A stretch of 64,000 nucleotides of DNA, taken from the IMG/VR virus record IMGVR_UViG_3300035661_000001, positions 124,001 to 188,000 of that record; one strand, written 5' to 3'. The notes beneath the pieces are model-generated. The model saw nothing but the letters and a program-made list of their open reading frames with translations. It made no database searches and was not told the DNA's origin. A program made the translations under genes and the position numbers. Each line of letters begins with the position of its first letter. Positions within the stretch are counted from its first letter, which is position 1. Positions 9,705-19,503 of the stretch are shown here, one piece after another.

Positions 9705-10229
9705 ATGGCTAAACTTGAGATAGAAAGAAAGTTTTTGGTTAATTTCCCATCCTCTTGGTCAGACTTAGCGGAGATGTTTGATGGATTGATTGATGTTAAA
9801 AGAATCACTCAAACATATTTGAAACCAGATGGAAAAGAACCATCTGCTAGAGTTAGAAAAACAGTTGAAGGATTAACAGGGGATACGGAAACTGTTTATC
9901 ATTTCAACCAAAAGAAATTGGTTGAATCTGGTGTTAACGAAGAAACCGAATATAAAATATCAGAAAGCAAATATAACAAACTGTTAAAAACTATTCATCC
10001 TGATAAAGTAACTCTTGAAAAAACAAGATTTGTATTTGATTATGAAGACCAGGTGTTTGAACTAGATGTTTTTAAAGGTGCTCTTAAAGGATTAGTAATT
10101 CTAGAAATAGAATTAAAAGATAAAAATCAGAAAGTGAACCTTCCTCCTTTCTTAAAAATTATTGAAGAAGTTACTAAGGATGATAGATTTAACAATTTTG
10201 AATTGGCTTCTACGCATAATCATGTATGA
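9705..10229 (+). CDS. CYTH domain protein (triphosphate tunnel metalloenzyme)
   Basis: EIERKFLV, ITQTYL, KTRFVF, FELDVF, LEIEL motifs. Confidence 0.9.
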   Translation: MAKLEIERKFLVNFPSSWSDLAEMFDGLIDVKRITQTYLKPDGKEPSARVRKTVEGLTGDTETVYHFNQKKLVESGVNEETEYKISESKYNKLLKTIHPDKVTLEKTRFVFDYEDQVFELDVFKGALKGLVILEIELKDKNQKVNLPPFLKIIEEVTKDDRFNNFELASTHNHV

Positions 10230-11068
10230 TTCTCGGAGCATACATGAAATATTTATACAAGATAACTAATTTATTAAATAACAAAGTTTATATTGGTCAA
10301 TCATATTCTGAAACAGAAAGATGGCGTCAGCATAAATATTGTGCGCGGTCAAAACCAAAACAATATATTGACCGAACTATGAAAAAATATGGTATATCAA
10401 ATTTCATTTATGAAGTGATAGCAATTGCTTTATCGCAAGAAGATACCGATTTTACTGAAATTGAATTGATAAAACAGTTTAATAGTCAAGATAGAAATTT
10501 TGGATACAATATAAGTCCTGGCGGAGATAAAATTTGGAATGAAGGATTGCCCAAAGAAAAACACCCGATGTTTGGTAGGCATCATTCCGAAGAATCTAAA
10601 AAGAAAATTTCTGAAGCTAATTCAGGTAAGTTAGTCGGACCCTGTACTGAGGAAAGAAAAAGAAAAATTTCTGAAGCAAATAAAGGAAAAACTTTTTCTT
10701 CAATACATAAGAAGAAACTAAGTGATGCAAAATTAGGAAAATCTCGTGAAAAAATGTCCGAAGAAGTCAGGCAAAAAATTGCAAAAGCAAATACTGGTAA
10801 AACGCAATCAGAAGAATTAAGAAAAAAACAATCAGAACAACGAATGGGGTTCCTTGTTTCAGATGAGGTTAAAAGAAAAATATCTCTTGCTCTAAAGGGC
10901 GAAAACGGTCCGAATTCTAAGCTATCAAACATTCAATGTTTAGAGATTATAGAAAAGAAAAAGAATGGTATTTCAGCCGTGAATTTAGCTATCGAATATA
11001 AAGTATCAAAAAAGACAATTCATAATATTGTCAAAAAAGGTATAAATTATTATGAGTCTAGAAACTGA
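10226..11068 (+). CDS. GIY-YIG homing endonuclease with NUMOD3 repeats
   Basis: YLYKITN..KVYIGQS..RW..H; GYN; HSEESKKKISEA repeats; C-terminal HTH. Confidence 0.9.
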   Translation: MILGAYMKYLYKITNLLNNKVYIGQSYSETERWRQHKYCARSKPKQYIDRTMKKYGISNFIYEVIAIALSQEDTDFTEIELIKQFNSQDRNFGYNISPGGDKIWNEGLPKEKHPMFGRHHSEESKKKISEANSGKLVGPCTEERKRKISEANKGKTFSSIHKKKLSDAKLGKSREKMSEEVRQKIAKANTGKTQSEELRKKQSEQRMGFLVSDEVKRKISLALKGENGPNSKLSNIQCLEIIEKKKNGISAVNLAIEYKVSKKTIHNIVKKGINYYESRN

Positions 11069-11254
11069 ATTAAATTCAGAAATTGTTAAGTTCTGGACCA
11101 AATCGGGCTCGTCTATTAAGAGAAAACAAATTCAAGCCAGTCAAAAGCCTTTAATCATTCATTATGTCGTAGTAGACAAGTGGGAAGTTGATAATCTGCA
11201 AAATTATTATGAGTTGGTGCAACCCCAACCCTCGACTCCAAAAATTGTGGTTTA

Positions 11255-11764
11255 ATGCGTGAGTGGTTGATATATAATTTGATATGGAAAAATATCAAAG
11301 ACAATCAAATTGTGTGTGTGTGTAGTGTTTGTTTAATAGAAATTTATAGAAGACCATTTCAAATTGCAAAAGGTCCTGTATACTGCTCTCATGAGTGTAA
11401 AGGTAAATCACAGCAAAAATTACACAAATGTACTATGTGTGATAATCAAATAAAAGCGGGTTTACATAAAAAAACTTGTAGTAGGGCTTGTGCAAATAAA
11501 CAAAAAATTGGTTTAAGTTATGGTCAGCTCGGAAGACCAATAAAAGATAAAGTAAAAAGTTTAAATGAACTTAGAAAAAGAGTCGTTGATTTACGAGGGT
11601 ATAAGTGCGAAAGATGTAATTATTCAAAATTCCAAATTTTGGAGTTGCATCATAAAATAGAGAAATCAAAAGGTGGCTCCGATGATATAGATAATTTGGA
11701 ATTAATATGTCCTAATTGTCATGCAGAAGAGCATTGTTTAAGAAGATTAAGGAATGGTGTGTGA
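11255..11764 (+). CDS. HNH endonuclease with Zn fingers; natural start probably ATG 11284, shifted by a (TG)n run
   Basis: CERC..ELHH..KSKGGSDDIDNLELICPNCHAEEH; 3' end overlaps tRNA-Ser. Confidence 0.8.
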   Translation: MREWLIYNLIWKNIKDNQIVCVCSVCLIEIYRRPFQIAKGPVYCSHECKGKSQQKLHKCTMCDNQIKAGLHKKTCSRACANKQKIGLSYGQLGRPIKDKVKSLNELRKRVVDLRGYKCERCNYSKFQILELHHKIEKSKGGSDDIDNLELICPNCHAEEHCLRRLRNGV

Positions 11765-11842
11765 GCTTGGCTGAAACAACAACCCTGGAAAGGTTGTGGC
11801 GTCGTAAGGCGCCCGAGGGTTCGAATCCCTCTCATTCCTCCA
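11751..11842 (+). tRNA. tRNA-Ser (GGA)
   Basis: caacc-CT GGA AA-ggttg; long variable arm ggcgtc..ggcgcc; T loop ttcgaat; CCA. Confidence 0.9.
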
Positions 11843-11853
11843 AATAATATAAT

Positions 11854-11940
11854 GGAAGCTAACCTCGTAGGGTGCGAGCGCTGCCTCGAAAACAGATGGA
11901 TCCTTTGAAACGGATTGGATTTCGAATATTCTGGCTTCCG
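11854..11940 (+). tRNA. tRNA-Ser (CGA), somewhat degenerate
   Basis: Acceptor ggaagct/ggcttcc; loop CT CGA AA; long variable arm; mismatches in anticodon and T stems; no CCA. Confidence 0.65.
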
Positions 11941-11981
11941 CTGCATTCTTAATTTACAAATTCAAAATTTGAAAGAAACAA

Positions 11982-12893
11982 ATGAGTAAACATGCCGTTC
12001 TAGTTGGTTGTGCTATTGGAGATTCTTTAGGTCTTTCTTTTGAAATGAAAGGTTGGTCATACCAACCTTTGTTAGATTGGAATGGCGCTTTTACTCCTGG
12101 AGGAACTTTTTGGAAAGGTCAGGCGGGTCAGTATACCGATGATACTATGATGAGCTTGGCTTTGGCTCGCAGCTTAACACGTAATGGCAAGTATGTCCCA
12201 TCGGATGTGGCTCAAGGATATTTAGAATGGTATCTATCTGGAAATACTCGTGGCATCGGGGCGACTACTGCTCAGGCAATGCACAATTTAAAAATTGAAA
12301 TTCCATGGGACCAAAGTGGTGTTGTTGGAGATAAAGTTGCAGGTAATGGAACGGCTATGAGAGTAGCTCCTCTTGGCATGGCTTATCGTCACAATTTAAT
12401 TGATCTGATTGATTTTGCTCAGACAGACGCATCAATTACTCATAATTCTCCAGAGCCTAAAGCTGGTAGTATGGCAATAGCTTTAGGAACAGCTCTTTTG
12501 AGCCATCGAAATCTGATGCCAGAAGAAGTATTAGAATCAGTAATTAATGTAATTCCAGATTCTATTGTTAAAAACAAATTGGTTTTATGCCGCCTTCATT
12601 TAAAAGAAGGTACGGATGAACGTGCCGCTTTAATTGAAATTGGTTCAGCTGGATATGTGCCGGAAACTGTTGCGGCGGCATTTTATTGTCTCATTGCTGG
12701 TAATAACTATAAAGAGGTAGTTATTAAGGCAGTAAAAGCTGGTGGTGATACTGATACAACTGCTGCTATCGCCGGGGCTATGGCTGGAGCATTTTATGGT
12801 CTAGACGGTATTCCAGATGAATATAAAGATGGTGTAGAAAATTTTGAAGAGTTATGTTCTTTAGATGAGCAACTTGTCAACATTGAGATATAG
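11982..12893 (+). CDS. ADP-ribosylglycohydrolase (DraG/ARH family)
   Basis: AIGDSLG, YTDDT, GNGTAMR, ITH, GGDTDT motifs. Confidence 0.95.
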   Translation: MSKHAVLVGCAIGDSLGLSFEMKGWSYQPLLDWNGAFTPGGTFWKGQAGQYTDDTMMSLALARSLTRNGKYVPSDVAQGYLEWYLSGNTRGIGATTAQAMHNLKIEIPWDQSGVVGDKVAGNGTAMRVAPLGMAYRHNLIDLIDFAQTDASITHNSPEPKAGSMAIALGTALLSHRNLMPEEVLESVINVIPDSIVKNKLVLCRLHLKEGTDERAALIEIGSAGYVPETVAAAFYCLIAGNNYKEVVIKAVKAGGDTDTTAAIAGAMAGAFYGLDGIPDEYKDGVENFEELCSLDEQLVNIEI

Positions 12894-12902
12894 TTTGATG
12901 CG

Positions 12903-13286
12903 ATGAGTATATTTGTTAATTGTAAAAATACGCTTTCAAAAGGTGGTTTGGGCTTAGCAAAAGCGATTTTTGAATATCAAAAATCAGGGTATAATGTTGC
13001 ATTACCATTAGTTGATAATCAAGATTATGATTTGATTATAGAAAAAGATGATAAATTTCAATCTGTACAATGTAAAGCGTCAAGTGAGAAAAGCAAAAAC
13101 GGTAAATATATTGTTGGATTGAGAACTGTCAAAACAAATACTAAAATTACTGTTACCAAACATAGAGGAAAATACGATTTGTTATTTGTATTATTTGATA
13201 ATGGAGATTGTTATTCAATACCATCAAATGTTTTACCAAAATCGTCATTAACTTTAACAGAAAAATATATAGTTTATAAATTATAA
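12903..13286 (+). CDS. PD-(D/E)XK endonuclease (intron-associated type)
   Basis: GYNV.LP..DNQDYDLIIE....VQCK; abuts tRNA-Ser. Confidence 0.8.
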   Translation: MSIFVNCKNTLSKGGLGLAKAIFEYQKSGYNVALPLVDNQDYDLIIEKDDKFQSVQCKASSEKSKNGKYIVGLRTVKTNTKITVTKHRGKYDLLFVLFDNGDCYSIPSNVLPKSSLTLTEKYIVYKL

Positions 13287-13288
13287 AT

Positions 13289-13378
13289 GGAAAATTGGGG
13301 GAGTGGTTTAACCCACTAATTTGCTAAATTAGCGATCTGTAACAGGGTCCATAGGTTCGAACCCTATATTTTCCGCCA
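13289..13378 (+). tRNA. tRNA-Ser (GCT)
   Basis: ggaaaat/attttcc; ctaat-TT GCT AA-attag; long variable arm; GCCA. Confidence 0.9.
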
Positions 13379-13425
13379 GTATTAAATAATAACGAAGATC
13401 AATTCTGTTATTATTTAGTTCTTAT

Positions 13426-13499
13426 AGGGGTATCGTTTAACGGTAGGACTGCCGCCTCCAAAACGGCTAATTCAGGTTCGACTCCTGGTGCCCCTGCCA
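13426..13499 (+). tRNA. tRNA-Trp (CCA)
   Basis: aggggta/tgcccct; loop CT CCA AA; T loop ttcgact; GCCA. Confidence 0.9.
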
Positions 13500-13536
13500 A
13501 TTTTACATTCAATATTTTAATTTAAGGAAAGAAATT

Positions 13537-14031
13537 ATGAATTCGTTCAATGAAGAATTGACGGCGTTTTTGTGTTTGCTTGAGCAACATGATTGGTTTT
13601 GTGATGCTGAAATAGATACTTTAGGAAGATTTGTTGTTTATGTTGATAGAATGGATATTCCTTTTATAGGATCTACTCCTGATAGAATTGGAGGATATCA
13701 TGTATTGTTTCATTTTATTGCTAGTCAACCAATCAGTAAAGAGCCGCTGGTAGCTGTACCTTTAGTAAAAAATGAGCCTATTATTCTTTCAAAAGAAGTT
13801 TTGGAACCAGAAGATATTTCTTATATAGATTTATTGTATTTACATTCTGAACTAGATAAATTAGAGAAAATCTGTGGTGCAAATATTCTTGCCGATCTAT
13901 TTTTTGAATCACACGATAACAAAAATGCAGTAACCAATTTGACGGCTAAATTTCCTGAAATTAGAAAATGCGTTGATTCATTATATGAAACATATGGTTT
14001 TGATATTATTTATGAAAATTTAGAATTGTAA
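13537..14031 (+). CDS. hypothetical protein
   Basis: 164 aa ORF with aagga RBS. Confidence 0.75.
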   Translation: MNSFNEELTAFLCLLEQHDWFCDAEIDTLGRFVVYVDRMDIPFIGSTPDRIGGYHVLFHFIASQPISKEPLVAVPLVKNEPIILSKEVLEPEDISYIDLLYLHSELDKLEKICGANILADLFFESHDNKNAVTNLTAKFPEIRKCVDSLYETYGFDIIYENLEL

Positions 14032-14073
14032 GATATTTTTTATGAGCATCTACCAATATTAAATCATAATCTT

Positions 14074-14808
14074 ATGATAGAATATGATTATAAATTATGT
14101 AATGATTGTAATACTATAAAAATCTTGGATGATTTTCACAAAAAACTGGATGGCAAAGCCAACTGCTGCAAATCTTGTACAAGTATTAAAAATAAAATTT
14201 ATCGTCAAAAACATAAAAATGAATTAAGTTCATACCGTAAAGAATATTACTCTTCTCATAAAGAAGAATTAATAATTTATGGGCGGGAATATAGAGATGA
14301 CTTAGAGAATAAAAAGAAGATATCTTTGTACAAAAAAGATTATTATGAACAAAATAAACAAGACATTTGTCTAATCCGCAATAAACAAAGAAAAATTCGT
14401 AGACAAACAGATCCAAGTTATAGGTTACGCGCATTAGTATCAAAAACCATTCATAGAATGTTAAAAAATAATTTATCTTCTAAGAATGGCGTTTCTATTA
14501 AATGTAAATTACAATATTCAATTGAAGAATTAAAATTACATTTAGAATCATTATTTGAGCCGTGGATGACATGGAAAAATCATGGAGCATATAATGCAAA
14601 AAAATGGAATGATGATGATCAATCTACATGGACATGGCAGATAGATCATATCATTCCACAATCAAATCTCCCATATACCTCTATGGAAGATGATAATTTT
14701 AAATTATCATGGGCATTGGAAAATTTAAGACCTTTAAATGCAAAAATTAATATAATTGAAGGGTGTTCAAGAACTCGTCATAAAAATAATAATTTACGAG
14801 GAGCTTGA
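14074..14808 (+). CDS. HNH-type endonuclease (paralog of 26725..27363)
   Basis: CNDC..CKSC; FEPWMTW..WQIDHIIP..NLRPL. Confidence 0.8.
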   Translation: MIEYDYKLCNDCNTIKILDDFHKKLDGKANCCKSCTSIKNKIYRQKHKNELSSYRKEYYSSHKEELIIYGREYRDDLENKKKISLYKKDYYEQNKQDICLIRNKQRKIRRQTDPSYRLRALVSKTIHRMLKNNLSSKNGVSIKCKLQYSIEELKLHLESLFEPWMTWKNHGAYNAKKWNDDDQSTWTWQIDHIIPQSNLPYTSMEDDNFKLSWALENLRPLNAKINIIEGCSRTRHKNNNLRGA

Positions 14809-14885
14809 CGGTTAAAAAAAAAGAATATATCATATAGTACACAACCAAAGGAAATTATTCCTTTAGGTATCTTACCAAGGAAAGA

Positions 14886-15170
14886 ATGAACATTCCTCTT
14901 CAATACATTTCAGAAATATATGATATTTTATGCGAATACGATGAAAAACCAATGTTATCAAAAGAAACCTTTTTTAGTTTTTGTTCCAAAGGTTTAATTT
15001 TTGATTATAGTTATCATTGTAATCATTGTGAATTAATTTGCACAAAACCTTTTAATTGTTCAGTAACAATGTTAGGATTAATAAAAATGCCAGAACCTAA
15101 ATTTAAAGAGTTAAACAGAAAACTTAAGAATTTTTCAACTAAATATCAAAAAACTTTAGCATTCTGGTAA
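14886..15170 (+). CDS. hypothetical protein with shared C-terminal motif
   Basis: ends KYQKTLAFW. Confidence 0.65.
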   Translation: MNIPLQYISEIYDILCEYDEKPMLSKETFFSFCSKGLIFDYSYHCNHCELICTKPFNCSVTMLGLIKMPEPKFKELNRKLKNFSTKYQKTLAFW

Positions 15171-15173
15171 AAT

Positions 15174-15557
15174 ATGTCAGAAAATATGTTTGAGTATCTG
15201 AATGTTAATCGTTCAGACACTCCTCGAATAACAGTGAAATTTGATTCAAAAAAAGATATTAATAGTTTTTTACAGCAATTGATTGAAATTAATGGAGAAT
15301 CAAATACTTGTATATTTTTTGTTGGTCATTTTCTTTGTTTGATGGAATTATCAACAACATCTAATAATATGATTTTTTGGATTGCAGAAGATGAGTCTCC
15401 TCAACTCCGTGATTTAACAAAAGATTCAAAATTTGATAATTTTGAATGGATGAAATATTATCAAATTGAGGAGAAAGTATTTGAAATGCCTTTATCTGAA
15501 TTGTATGAAATAATTCAACACTTGCTTAGAATTAATAAATTAAAATCTTTTTTATGA
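15174..15557 (+). CDS. hypothetical protein with shared C-terminal motif
   Basis: ends RINKLKSFL. Confidence 0.7.
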   Translation: MSENMFEYLNVNRSDTPRITVKFDSKKDINSFLQQLIEINGESNTCIFFVGHFLCLMELSTTSNNMIFWIAEDESPQLRDLTKDSKFDNFEWMKYYQIEEKVFEMPLSELYEIIQHLLRINKLKSFL

Positions 15558-15880
15558 GTTCCTCAAAAAAGTTAATCAGAAACAAATTTAGAGATGATTG
15601 TTTTAAACGAGATAATTATCAGTGCGTGATGTGTAAATTAAAATCTTCAAAAGAAAAATCTCAAGAAGATCTTGATGCTCATCATATTACTAATCGTACC
15701 GAAATGCCAAATGGTGGGTATGTAAAAGATAATGGAATTTCTTTATGTGCAAATTATCATATCAAAGCCGAAGAATATCATTCAACCGGAGTAGCTGTCC
15801 CAGGGTTTTCAATTGATGATTTGTATACAGCAATTAAATCATCACATGCACAAGCACTTGTAGCAAGTGAAAAGTTATGA
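15554..15880 (+). CDS. HNH-family protein
   Basis: RDNYQCVMC..LDAHHI..NGISLCANYH (second Cys of CxxC replaced by Tyr). Confidence 0.75.
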   Translation: MSSSKKLIRNKFRDDCFKRDNYQCVMCKLKSSKEKSQEDLDAHHITNRTEMPNGGYVKDNGISLCANYHIKAEEYHSTGVAVPGFSIDDLYTAIKSSHAQALVASEKL

Positions 15881-16296
15881 AAAATTTATCGTTTGAAGAC
15901 CTAGTTTCATTAAATGAAAATAATATTCTTGAATTCCTTTATGGAATGTATCCATTTAATATGGAAGCCTTGCAAGAAAAAAAACTACATACACTTACTT
16001 CATTTAAGATTAGCAATTCTTTTACATTTAAAGTATACGCCCCAACAGACTTGTCTTTTTCAAAAGTGGAAAAGATTAAAGCACATGTATATGAAATAAA
16101 TAAAAAATCATTTTATAATCCAGCATTTGAAGGATCTCAATTATTAAATGTAAAAAAAGATAATATATTTAATAGGACAGAATGGCAAGATTTATTTTTG
16201 GATGATTGGCGTTCCGCCGGAATTTTAAGTCCCGCACAATTATTAGGTATGATGAGATATACTGCCAGATTGTGTAGGCTTAGAGTATTTGAATAA
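15877..16296 (+). CDS. hypothetical protein with shared C-terminal motif
   Basis: ends RLCRLRVFE. Confidence 0.7.
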   Translation: MKNLSFEDLVSLNENNILEFLYGMYPFNMEALQEKKLHTLTSFKISNSFTFKVYAPTDLSFSKVEKIKAHVYEINKKSFYNPAFEGSQLLNVKKDNIFNRTEWQDLFLDDWRSAGILSPAQLLGMMRYTARLCRLRVFE

Positions 16297-16361
16297 TATC
16301 TGCGATTAATTTGGTATGGTATTAAACCATTGTTGAATGGAGGAAATTATTACTTAAGTTA

Positions 16362-16745
16362 TTGTGTGATTTATTAAAGACCTTTCTCATATGGAGTTGT
16401 GTTATGACTGTCCAAGATGTGAAGCTATTAGAAGCAATTGGCGTTGGCGAAGAAGAGTATAGTATCCCTTTAGATATTTCAGATATTATAAGCATCTGTA
16501 GAGAGTATAATAAATTAGGATGGCAAATTCAGAATCAAGTTGAATCCATTCTAGACCTGGGCGTAGATCAGGCAATTCAAGCCAAGTATGTCAAAAGAGA
16601 GTCTTTACCACATGTTAAAAGTTTCCTCCGTAGTATTTGCCAAAATCCTTATTTTGGCGACGCTGTCGACCAAGCACAAGATTGTATTTTTTTAATCGAA
16701 GAATACGAACAACAACATAAGCCGGTTAATATTCAAGCTAATTAA
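16362..16745 (+). CDS. hypothetical protein
   Basis: ORF; likely start MTVQD after ggag. Confidence 0.7.
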   Translation: MCDLLKTFLIWSCVMTVQDVKLLEAIGVGEEEYSIPLDISDIISICREYNKLGWQIQNQVESILDLGVDQAIQAKYVKRESLPHVKSFLRSICQNPYFGDAVDQAQDCIFLIEEYEQQHKPVNIQAN

Positions 16746-16769
16746 ATCTAACAATTAATTGATAAGCTT

Positions 16770-17006
16770 TTGGGATATGTGTCATGCATATCCCATTTTT
16801 TTGGTGATATTATGAAAATCGAAGATAAAATTATTTTAGAACAAATGATGAATTTTTATTCAGTAAAAGAGATCACTCAGACTTTAGCTGATATTTGTTT
16901 AGCTCAAGCTTCCAAAATGATTGATTACGAATTACCAAGTTCTGCCAAAGATTGGTCAGAAGTAGCATTTATTATTCAAACTATTGTTGATCAAATAAAG
17001 AAGTAA
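16770..17006 (+). CDS. hypothetical protein
   Basis: small helical ORF; likely start MKIED. Confidence 0.6.
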   Translation: MGYVSCISHFFGDIMKIEDKIILEQMMNFYSVKEITQTLADICLAQASKMIDYELPSSAKDWSEVAFIIQTIVDQIKK

Positions 17007-17050
17007 CGCGCGCGTCCCCCCCCCATCGCCTAACAGCCAAAGGTAAGGTC

Positions 17051-17557
17051 ATGAAGAATATTTTAAATAGCCCTTACAAGGTTTTAGAAGTAGACCCAAG
17101 AGCCAGCTCAATCGTAATTAAAGCGGCATATCAGGCGCTGATGAGACAGCACCATCCAGACCACAATGGAAATGAAAAACGAGCTAAAGAAATCAATGCG
17201 GCTTACGCTATTCTTTCTGACATGAAAGAAAGAAAATCATATGATGATTCAATCAGTGATAAAGTCGGCACTATGATTGGTAACTTCCGAGTACTAGAGC
17301 CCATCGCAGAGGGCGGATTCGGAAGAACCTATAAAGGCGAACATAATATCAGCAAACAGCCAGTATGTATTAAACATTGCTCAATGGTTGCCCCTGAACA
17401 CTGCCCGAATGGGCATAAACTCAAAACCGATAATGCAAGGATACCATATTTAACAAAATGTGGATACAATGTAGAAATCATTTGGGAACATGATATAATG
17501 AAAAATTTAAATAGAATAATGGATGATTTATGTCTCAAATACAATTTAATCAGTTAA
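17051..17557 (+). pseudogene. J-domain + Ser/Thr kinase N-lobe fused to an endonuclease C-terminal fragment
   Basis: PYKVL..HHPD (J domain); IAEGGFGRTYKG..CIKH (kinase subdomains I-II); then D..R..L...GYNVEIIWEHD. Confidence 0.75.
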
Positions 17558-18186
17558 ATTTATTTTTGGAAAATAAAGAACTTGTCATAGGATGTGATGA
17601 GTGTGGATATGGAAGTATTTCCGGTCCCTTATGCATTGGCGCTGTAAAGGCTCCCAAAGATTGGAAAATTGATGGTTTGAATGATTCTAAACAATTAACT
17701 CCCAAGAAAAGGGAGATAATGAGAGAAAATATTTTAGAAGCTGCATTTAAAGGAGATATTCAATTTCATATTTCCGAAAGAAGCAATAAAGATATTGATA
17801 CATTAGGGTTAGCCCCGATGTTGAAAGCTTGTTATATTGAATGTTTCAATAAATTATATTCTGAAGATTCTTTAATCATCTGTGATGGCACTCTTAAATT
17901 TGATGGATTAGGAGTAGATTCTTTTGATAAAGTTTCAATTATTAAAGCAGACACATTGCTCCCATCCGTCATGGCAGCATCTATCCTAGCTAAGACTTAT
18001 CGAGATGGTAAAATGAAAGAAAATCATAAAATCTATCCTTTTTATGATTGGGATAACAATGTAGGATATTACGGAGCAAATGGTCTTCATATTGAAGGAA
18101 TTAAAAAATATGGATATTCCCCACTACACAGATTATCTTATAAGTTAAAAGCTTTAAATGGATTAGATATTCCGGTCAATAAATGA
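17530..18186 (+). CDS. rnhB: ribonuclease HII
   Basis: GCDECGYG, LNDSKQL, ICDG, AASILAK..RD, GYSPLHRLSY. Confidence 0.93.
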   Translation: MSQIQFNQLNLFLENKELVIGCDECGYGSISGPLCIGAVKAPKDWKIDGLNDSKQLTPKKREIMRENILEAAFKGDIQFHISERSNKDIDTLGLAPMLKACYIECFNKLYSEDSLIICDGTLKFDGLGVDSFDKVSIIKADTLLPSVMAASILAKTYRDGKMKENHKIYPFYDWDNNVGYYGANGLHIEGIKKYGYSPLHRLSYKLKALNGLDIPVNK

Positions 18187-18551
18187 ATATTATAGTTTTA
18201 AAACAAGAATTAGGATACCAAGTTTCTTGGGATAAAAATAGTGATACTGTTTTTACTTCTCATAATAATAAGATTATTCCTCAAAAATGGGAACATTGTT
18301 CATGTATTAAAAATTTAGAATGTGGCACTATACCTGATAAATATATAATTCATCAGTATCTTGACGAAGATGAAGAAATAAATTGGGACTGCCCTATAGA
18401 ATTAAAATTACACAATGCTTCTAAAATAGATGAAATTTCTTTAATAGAAGCATTGTGTTTTACTTGTAATTACAAAAACATTACTTTATTGAATGAGTTA
18501 CGTCATGGTCATTCTAAATTAAAAGAATTATTATATAAATTCAAAACTTGA
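18183..18551 (+). CDS. hypothetical protein
   Basis: 122 aa ORF, start overlaps upstream stop. Confidence 0.6.
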   Translation: MNIIVLKQELGYQVSWDKNSDTVFTSHNNKIIPQKWEHCSCIKNLECGTIPDKYIIHQYLDEDEEINWDCPIELKLHNASKIDEISLIEALCFTCNYKNITLLNELRHGHSKLKELLYKFKT

Positions 18552-19479
18552 AAATACCAGTGATATGACCCCATGTTTCACCTGTAATAATTTTTTTGAT
18601 TGCTCCGCGGCTCACATTAAATTTGGTAGCTAATTCTGTTTGATTCAAACTACTAGATTGATATAAAGAAACTATTTCAAGAACATTATCATTTGTCAAT
18701 TTAACTTGTGAATGATTTTCTCCCTTTGCTGTTATGGTTCTTTTCTTATATTTTTTATCTTTGTTTAAAGAATTGCCCACGGCAAAACAACCAGAATTAA
18801 TAATATGCGTTCCTTTATTATAAGGAATCATTCCTGGTTTAAAAGATGTCTGATTAGATTTACATAATCCTTTAGAACCTTTATTCCAACCAAGATATTT
18901 TTTACCTTCTTTGGATTTTTTAATATTGTAAATCCTTTCAGAAGTATGATTGATTCCAGTTAATTTTTTGGAAATTTTCTGATTAATATCATTTTTTTTC
19001 TCATCGGTCCAGGCAGATTTAGTTTCTTTAATTTTTGAAATTGTTTCAGATTTTTCTTCTGAAGTTTTTTTAGAATGAGCTTCGGATATAGAGTTAGAAA
19101 CCCTTTCTTTAAAAGAAGGATCTGCCCAATGGTTTCTCATGGCTTGTTTGAAATCTTCCGATTTAGGAGCGACTGAGCCTCCAAGAGAAACATTATAACC
19201 TTTCATATTAGAAATATGAGATTGTTCTTGATCAATGATTAATTCTTCTGATTCGTTTGCCGCTTGTTGATCCAAGCAAGAGGCAATTATTTCAAATAAA
19301 AAATTAACAGCGTCATGTTTTTTCATAGCACTGTTAATTTTCATTGATGGAAATTCTTTTTCAGATTCTCTTTTATGCTGAGACCATCTTTTATTTGGAT
19401 ATTGAGTTTGACCAATATAAATTTTTTGATTGATTAAATTTGTGATTTTGTATATGTAGTGCATTTTGCCTCCACACAT
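18541..19479 (-). CDS. GIY-YIG homing endonuclease (NUMOD repeats, HTH)
   Basis: YIYKITN..IYIGQT..RW.QH; GYN; C-terminal KLT..V..I..LA.KFNVS HTH. Confidence 0.9.
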   Translation of the reverse strand: MCGGKMHYIYKITNLINQKIYIGQTQYPNKRWSQHKRESEKEFPSMKINSAMKKHDAVNFLFEIIASCLDQQAANESEELIIDQEQSHISNMKGYNVSLGGSVAPKSEDFKQAMRNHWADPSFKERVSNSISEAHSKKTSEEKSETISKIKETKSAWTDEKKNDINQKISKKLTGINHTSERIYNIKKSKEGKKYLGWNKGSKGLCKSNQTSFKPGMIPYNKGTHIINSGCFAVGNSLNKDKKYKKRTITAKGENHSQVKLTNDNVLEIVSLYQSSSLNQTELATKFNVSRGAIKKIITGETWGHITGIFKF

Positions 19480-19503
19480 TATATATCACAATAATCGCAT
19501 CTG

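Noticed and set aside
17006-17032. Short GC-rich tract cgcgcgcgtccccccccatcgcc
   Set aside because: Too short to assign; no pairing partner or repeat found.
17051-17557. Intein or group I intron explaining the kinase-nuclease junction
   Set aside because: No intein terminal motifs (C-terminal HN plus C/S/T) and no downstream kinase C-lobe; rnhB follows directly.
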